Assembly (NCBI GenBank): GCA_964390265.1
Contig: CAYMHI010000001.1
Coordinates: 8,345 to 72,344 of the forward strand
Length of the DNA: 64,000 nucleotides
Direction: 5' to 3'
From: an uncultured Candidatus Saccharibacteria bacterium
Lineage (GTDB): Bacteria > Patescibacteriota > Saccharimonadia > CAILAD01 > BJGX01
This document shows, piece after piece, positions 59,094 through 64,000 of the stretch; the stretch's first letter is position 1; every line of letters starts with the position of its first letter. Made by a program: the position numbers and the translations under genes. Under the pieces are notes generated by a model. It made no database searches. It saw nothing but the letters and a program-made list of their open reading frames with translations, and had not been told where the DNA came from.

Positions 59094-60599
59094 TTAAGTA
59101 CTGGCCGGTGGGGCTGGGTTAGGTGGTGTGGTAGAGCTTGCAGTATTGGCCGACATATTATTTGTATTGTTCAAAGGTGAAGCCGGAGGATTGTAAAAAG
59201 GCGCTGGTTGGCTGGGCGCAGCATTTGCTGCTGGCGTACTATTGGGTGGAACATAGGCTGAAGAGTACGATGGTGTAGTTGGTGTTATCGGCTCGTAGTT
59301 AGAGGCTACTGGTGATTTTTGGTTGGCCATAGGTGCAGTGACAACATTAGAGCTGCCGGCTTGCTTTTGGTTGGCATCAAGATCAGCTTCTATCTCAAGT
59401 AAACGATTGTATTTAGCCACTCGCTCACCTCTAATAGGAGCACCTAGCTTTAGACCCATAGCGCCCACCCCGTAAGCCAAGTCGGCTATGAGCGAGTCGT
59501 TGGTTTCGCCGCTTCGTTGGCTAATAATCACTTTGGCCTTGCTGGCTCTGGCGGCATTTATAGCATCAAAAGTTTCACTAAATGTACCTACTTGGTTGGG
59601 TTTAATAATTATTCCATCAAACAGTTCATCGGCCTGCAGCTGCTCAATTTTGGCTTTATTGGTAACGGTAAAATCATCACCAATTATCAAAAACGGCTTG
59701 TTTTGCCCCTTCATACTTTTTATTATCTCGGTACCTTCGAGATCGTTTTCGGCAAACGGGTCTTCTATAGAGTAAATATTAAATTTGGTGTTCCAGCTCT
59801 CATAAAGTTTTAACAGGTCTGAAGCGTGTAGACTTTGAGTTTCAATATTATACATACCGTCTTTATAAAAAGTATTGGCTGCCGCAGCCAGAGCTATATC
59901 AAACTTATTGCTCATTTTGTTATTAAGCTGCGAAAGAGCTTCTAAAATAACCTCGGTGCTGGTTCCTACCGGCGCCAAACCTCCTACATCGCCCACTAAG
60001 GTAGCTGACGGACCATAGAGATTTTGCATGACAGTGCGTATGGTGTGGTATACCTCATAAATGGTAGAAATCGCCGCACTAGGTGAATTTACCTGAGGCA
60101 CTACCATATACTCTTGTATATCAAGTCCGGGGGCATGCATGCCACCACCAATAATATCGGCAAAGAGGCGCGGAAATTCTGGACTGGTTTGGTTATGCTC
60201 GGCAATATACTGCCAGAGCGGTTTTTCACTCACTAGTGCTGAGAGTTTGAGATACGCTCCTGAGAGCGCCAAAAGAGTATTGGCACCAAGGTTTTCTTTG
60301 CGTTCTGAGCCATCAAGAGCTATTAACAGTTCGTCAAAATCTTTCTGTTCATCTAGCGGGTAGCCAATAAACTTAGGAGAAATGACAGTGTTTATTACAC
60401 CAATACAACCCTGCACGCCATTACCAGCGAAAGGTCCTTCGCCATCACGTTTTTCTGCTGCCTCGGTAAGCCCAAGGCTGGCGCTGGCTGGAGCAGCAAA
60501 ACTTGCCTTGAGACCATTGTCTGAGTACATCATAACTAGCAGAGTAGGTTCGCCGCGCGAATCGAATATTTGGTAAGGAGTAATTTTTTTAATAGTCAT
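59094..60599 (-). CDS. eno: Enolase with a Pro/Ala/Ser/Thr/Asn-rich C-terminal extension of about 75 aa
   Basis: The enolase fold is evident (SRGEPT... catalytic region). The C-terminal low-complexity tail is unusual. Confidence 0.85.
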   Translation of the reverse strand: MTIKKITPYQIFDSRGEPTLLVMMYSDNGLKASFAAPASASLGLTEAAEKRDGEGPFAGNGVQGCIGVINTVISPKFIGYPLDEQKDFDELLIALDGSERKENLGANTLLALSGAYLKLSALVSEKPLWQYIAEHNQTSPEFPRLFADIIGGGMHAPGLDIQEYMVVPQVNSPSAAISTIYEVYHTIRTVMQNLYGPSATLVGDVGGLAPVGTSTEVILEALSQLNNKMSNKFDIALAAAANTFYKDGMYNIETQSLHASDLLKLYESWNTKFNIYSIEDPFAENDLEGTEIIKSMKGQNKPFLIIGDDFTVTNKAKIEQLQADELFDGIIIKPNQVGTFSETFDAINAARASKAKVIISQRSGETNDSLIADLAYGVGAMGLKLGAPIRGERVAKYNRLLEIEADLDANQKQAGSSNVVTAPMANQKSPVASNYEPITPTTPSYSSAYVPPNSTPAANAAPSQPAPFYNPPASPLNNTNNMSANTASSTTPPNPAPPAST

Positions 60600-60796
60600 A
60601 TCAAATGGTGATTTGTTATTAGATTATTATACCATAAGTGTTTTATCAAAATAAGCTATGTTTGACACACCACTAAGTTATATAAGATTTTACTATAATG
60701 CTTATGTATATGTCAAAAAGTACTGACAAATGCTTGTGGAAAAGATATGCAAAAAGTTGTCAATAAAACGTAACATAAACACATATAATAAAATAC

Positions 60797-60817
60797 TCCA
60801 ATCTAACAGATTGGAGG
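60797..60817 (-). terminator. Hairpin terminator after the CDP-alcohol phosphatidyltransferase gene
   Basis: ctccaatctaacagattggag, then a T-rich tract on the minus strand. Confidence 0.55.
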
Positions 60818-60822
60818 TATGT

Positions 60823-61725
60823 TTATGAGGCTGGTCGCTCAAGCCTTAGAATATTTGATTTGGGTCGTTTGCTGCTTCGAAAAGCGGGGTTGAGCTTGAT
60901 CATCAGATTCATCCAGGCGATGGCCATATATTCTTGCCGGTGCCAGCCCAGGCTCTTGTCGCCAAAACTACGAGCGGCAAAGAGCATGATGGCCATTAGC
61001 AAAATTGCTGTGGGGTCGGTTGGAAAATGCACGAGGCCTATCCAGCCAATCACGCAAGCTACAATTTGCAAGTTGAATTTTACCTTCCCGGCAGTAGAAG
61101 CCCCAGGGTCGCTAAATTCTGGTGCGTAGCCTTTGACTTCACTTAGTAGTTTGCGAAACGGCCCAACCGAGAGCCGAATAAGTTTGAGCTCAACGTGCAA
61201 ACACCACAATGCCAGGCTAAAGGCTACCAAGCAAAAAGCCGGCGAGTATTCAAAGAAGCTACTGATGCAATAGGTCAAAACTATGCAGGTAAAGCAGAAC
61301 TTGTCAGATGCGGGGTCGAGCCGACTACCAAACTCTGACACGGCATCGAGGTCGCGAGCACAAGGCCCATCGATTGCATCTAGCGCCTGTATTAGCAGCA
61401 TGACTACAAACCAACTCGAAGCTTGGCTGTTTTGCCCATTGTAGATATTGATGAAAAGATAGTAGCAGACATACACGGTTGCTGGTATTCTAAACCAGCT
61501 CATAGCGTTAGGTAGTTGCTTGACGGTTTTTACCAGCCAGGTCTGGTGAGTTTTTTGACCCATCCAAATTAGGCCGAGCGCCCACCAGTTGACCAGTAGT
61601 TTGGCAATTACTTCAAAGACAAACTTAAATGCCTTGACCGGTTTGGGGTCGCGACCATGCAGACTCGGAAAGTACAGCAGTCGAGCTGTCACAATGATCC
61701 CTTTCAATTGATAGGTACAAAACAT
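60823..61725 (-). CDS. CDP-alcohol phosphatidyltransferase family membrane protein
   Basis: DAIDGPCARDLDAVSEFGSRLDPASD matches D.xDG.xAR...G...D...D. Confidence 0.75.
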   Translation of the reverse strand: MFCTYQLKGIIVTARLLYFPSLHGRDPKPVKAFKFVFEVIAKLLVNWWALGLIWMGQKTHQTWLVKTVKQLPNAMSWFRIPATVYVCYYLFINIYNGQNSQASSWFVVMLLIQALDAIDGPCARDLDAVSEFGSRLDPASDKFCFTCIVLTYCISSFFEYSPAFCLVAFSLALWCLHVELKLIRLSVGPFRKLLSEVKGYAPEFSDPGASTAGKVKFNLQIVACVIGWIGLVHFPTDPTAILLMAIMLFAARSFGDKSLGWHRQEYMAIAWMNLMIKLNPAFRSSKRPKSNILRLERPAS

Positions 61726-61798
61726 TAACTAGTATACCGAGTTTATTGTGGGGCGCAACCCTGGTACAATGTAGCATAAGGACTTATGTATCAAACTT

Positions 61799-63079
61799 AT
61801 GAAATTACCCGGCTTCAAATCTAAGAAAAAAACTGGCCAATACCTGGTGTCGCTTGATATTGGCACCGAGTATGTAAAAGCTCTAATTGGCCAGGTGAAA
61901 GACCATACCGACCATACTGGTAAAACCTATCAGGCTGTAGAGATAATCGGTGTTGGCCGTCAACGCCAACGACTTACCGACATGGCTGGCGGCGCAGTTA
62001 CTGACATTTCTGGTGTTGTAGAGAATTGCGACGCCGCCCTCAGCCGAGCCGAAGAGACAGCCAATGTGGTGGCCAAAGACGCCGTGCTAGGCATTGCTGG
62101 CGAATTGGTAAAAGGCGGTACTACTAGCGTAAGTTATCGCCGGGCTAGGCCCGAAATTAAAATCGACCAAGCTGAACTCACCGATATTATTGAACGTATT
62201 CAAAAGCAAGCTTTTGAAGATGTTAAAAAGCAACTTAGCTGGGAGACAGGCAAACGTGAGCTTGAGGTCAAGCTAGTTAATGCTGCCGTAGTAGATGTGC
62301 ACATTGACGGCTACAGAGTGACTAACCCTGTAGGGTTTCAGGGTAAAGACGTTACTATTCAAATATTTAATGCCTTTGCACCCATGGTGCACTTAGGCGC
62401 ATTACAAACCGTGGCGGCTGATTTAGATCTTAATTTAATAAATATTGCCGCTGAGCCTTTTGCAGTAGCTAAAAGTGTGGGGGCCGACGACAGTACTGAG
62501 TTTAGCGCCGTTTTTATAGATATTGGTGGTGGAACCAGCGATATTGCTGTGGTGAATAACGGTGGGGTAGAGGGCACCCAAATGTTTGCCATTGGTGGGC
62601 GCAGTTTTACCAAACGAATTAGCGCTAGTCTGGGGGTTAATTATAATCAAGCCGAAGATCTCAAGCTAGATCACACCGCCGGAAAACTAAGCGACAGACA
62701 AGAAAAAGACGTCACAGATGCCCTTAAGAGCGATGTGGAGACCTGGCTAAGCGGCGTAGAGCTTGCCCTTGGTGAGTTTGAAAGTATTGAGCATTTGCCC
62801 AATAGAATACTGTTGTGTGGTGGCGGTTCGGCTCTTCCCGAAATTAAGCACGCGCTTACCGGTAGTGACTGGTATAAAGGCTTGCCTTTTACCCGTAAAC
62901 CTACCATAGATTTTATACACCCCTCGCAAGTTAATAGAGTTATTGATACTACCGGCCAGCTGACCAGCCCGCAAGACATTACCCCGATGGGTCTGGCCAA
63001 CTTAGGCCTTGATATCATTGGCTCGCAGAGTGCAGGCGAGAATGTGCTACAAAGGTTGAGCAGGACACTATCTTTATAG
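61799..63079 (+). CDS. ftsA: Cell division protein FtsA (actin-like ATPase)
   Basis: SLDIGTEYVKALIG, FIDIGGGTSDIAVV and other actin-fold phosphate motifs. Confidence 0.8.
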   Translation: MKLPGFKSKKKTGQYLVSLDIGTEYVKALIGQVKDHTDHTGKTYQAVEIIGVGRQRQRLTDMAGGAVTDISGVVENCDAALSRAEETANVVAKDAVLGIAGELVKGGTTSVSYRRARPEIKIDQAELTDIIERIQKQAFEDVKKQLSWETGKRELEVKLVNAAVVDVHIDGYRVTNPVGFQGKDVTIQIFNAFAPMVHLGALQTVAADLDLNLINIAAEPFAVAKSVGADDSTEFSAVFIDIGGGTSDIAVVNNGGVEGTQMFAIGGRSFTKRISASLGVNYNQAEDLKLDHTAGKLSDRQEKDVTDALKSDVETWLSGVELALGEFESIEHLPNRILLCGGGSALPEIKHALTGSDWYKGLPFTRKPTIDFIHPSQVNRVIDTTGQLTSPQDITPMGLANLGLDIIGSQSAGENVLQRLSRTLSL

Positions 63080-63238
63080 TTTATAGATTATTATGCTGTA
63101 TCTTTTTAAAAGCCGGCAATTAATAATTTGATCAATTAAGATTTACAATACTAGTCACACCAAAACGCTCATGTTGGTTATTTGTAACGAAAGGAGCACT
63201 GCAAGCTTAAGCCAATTGCGGTATAATAATTAAAGATT

Positions 63239-64000
63239 ATGCCCGAAAACACCCACCCAGATGTAATATATTTAGAAGCCGACTCAGAAATAACCGAGGC
63301 GATAGATAAGCTCAAAGCCAGCCACGGTGAAGAGGTACGATTAGCTGTACCTGCTCGCAGCACTATGCTGCAAAGTGCAGTGAATCTTAAGCTACTCAAA
63401 AAGGCCGCCACCAGCAGTCACAAAAAGCTCGTACTAGTTAGTACCGACAAAGCCACTGCCAGCTTGGCTGCTGGGCTAGGAATATTGCTAGCCCACAATG
63501 TAAAGGCTGAGGCCGGTGTGCCCGATGCGCCAATTGCCCAACCAGCCGCGGCTAGCCATGAGCCGGTGGTATTAGAGCAAGAAAAACCAGCCGAGACAGG
63601 CTCAGAGTCTCCATCCAAGCCTAGTAAGTTATCTAGCAAAAGTGGGAGTTTTGAGAAAAAACATATTTCGCTAACCGACGACGACGAGCCCACAACCGAA
63701 GAAACCAAAAAACTTAGCCGTATAGAAAAACGAGCTGCCAAAAAAAATGAGCCCAAGGTACCTAATTTTATGGGTCTTAATAAAAAAATTGCCATTTTTG
63801 CCGGTGCAGCCCTAGTATTACTACTACTTATTCTGGCCTATGTATTCTTGCCGACCGCCAAAATAACACTACTCGCCAAGGCCGTTAAAACACCCGTAAA
63901 TGTCAAATTCACTCTCGATGCTGGTACTAAAAAATCTGATTACGAAAACGGCTTACTAGCGGCCGATCAAATAAGTACTACTAAAGACTTAAGCGCCCAA
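63239..64000 (+). CDS. 3'-partial hypothetical membrane protein. It runs off the window and is absent from the ORF track.
   Basis: Open frame from ATG 63239 to the window end with no stop. Lys-rich linker then a TM helix (IAIFAGAALVLLLLILAYVFL). The antisense ORFs listed here are likely spurious. Confidence 0.5.
   Translation, partial: MPENTHPDVIYLEADSEITEAIDKLKASHGEEVRLAVPARSTMLQSAVNLKLLKKAATSSHKKLVLVSTDKATASLAAGLGILLAHNVKAEAGVPDAPIAQPAAASHEPVVLEQEKPAETGSESPSKPSKLSSKSGSFEKKHISLTDDDEPTTEETKKLSRIEKRAAKKNEPKVPNFMGLNKKIAIFAGAALVLLLLILAYVFLPTAKITLLAKAVKTPVNVKFTLDAGTKKSDYENGLLAADQISTTKDLSAQ

Noticed and set aside
63178-63795. Two minus-strand ORFs (77 and 125 aa)
   Set aside because: They are antisense to the open plus-strand frame that runs off the window, and they have low-complexity Ser/Leu-rich translations.

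Overview
This 64 kb window reads as a gene-dense stretch of a small, AT-leaning bacterial genome, probably from the Candidate Phyla Radiation (Patescibacteria), with Gram-positive-like features consistent with Saccharibacteria/TM7. Those features are RNase Y, a class-E-type sortase with an LAxTG surface protein, an RpfB-like protein, a lamin-tail-domain protein and very short intergenic regions. No database search was possible, so every call below is by eye from the translated ORFs and the raw sequence.

Main content:
- tRNA modification: tsaE, tsaB and mnmA.
- RNA and DNA metabolism: RNase Y, HU, PcrA/UvrD, TatD and RsmA/KsgA.
- Six aminoacyl-tRNA synthetases: hisS, trpS, proS, metG, alaS, plus an archaeal-type ProRS.
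- A glycolytic set: pgk, pyk, tpiA, eno and ppa.
- A cell-envelope set: a sortase-substrate pair, two polysaccharide deacetylases, a CDP-alcohol phosphatidyltransferase and ftsA.
- Nine tRNA genes, six of them in a tRNA island at 7.2-10.7 kb.

Features not explained by ordinary gene calls:
1. A textbook T-box leader, with an exact GGUGGNACCGCGG antiterminator core overlapping an intrinsic terminator, sits in front of a TrpD-like phosphoribosyltransferase and a BtpA-family TIM-barrel gene. A tRNA-Trp gene with discriminator G73, an iron-sulfur-type TrpRS and a translationally coupled methyltransferase lie just downstream.
2. The tRNA island holds a degenerate ATCase-like gene between tRNA-Lys and tRNA-Pro. 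Two paralogous structured elements of about 80 nt follow tRNA genes there, and one is flanked by an 18-nt duplication of the tRNA-Arg 3' end.
3. An ornithine-decarboxylase-like gene is followed by an unknown 406-aa protein and faces a stand-alone DUF2156-like (MprF C-terminal, aminoacyl-tRNA transferase fold) gene.
4. A roughly 460-bp GC-rich segment lies between ppa and pcrA.

No CRISPR arrays, rRNA genes, transposases or integrases were seen.
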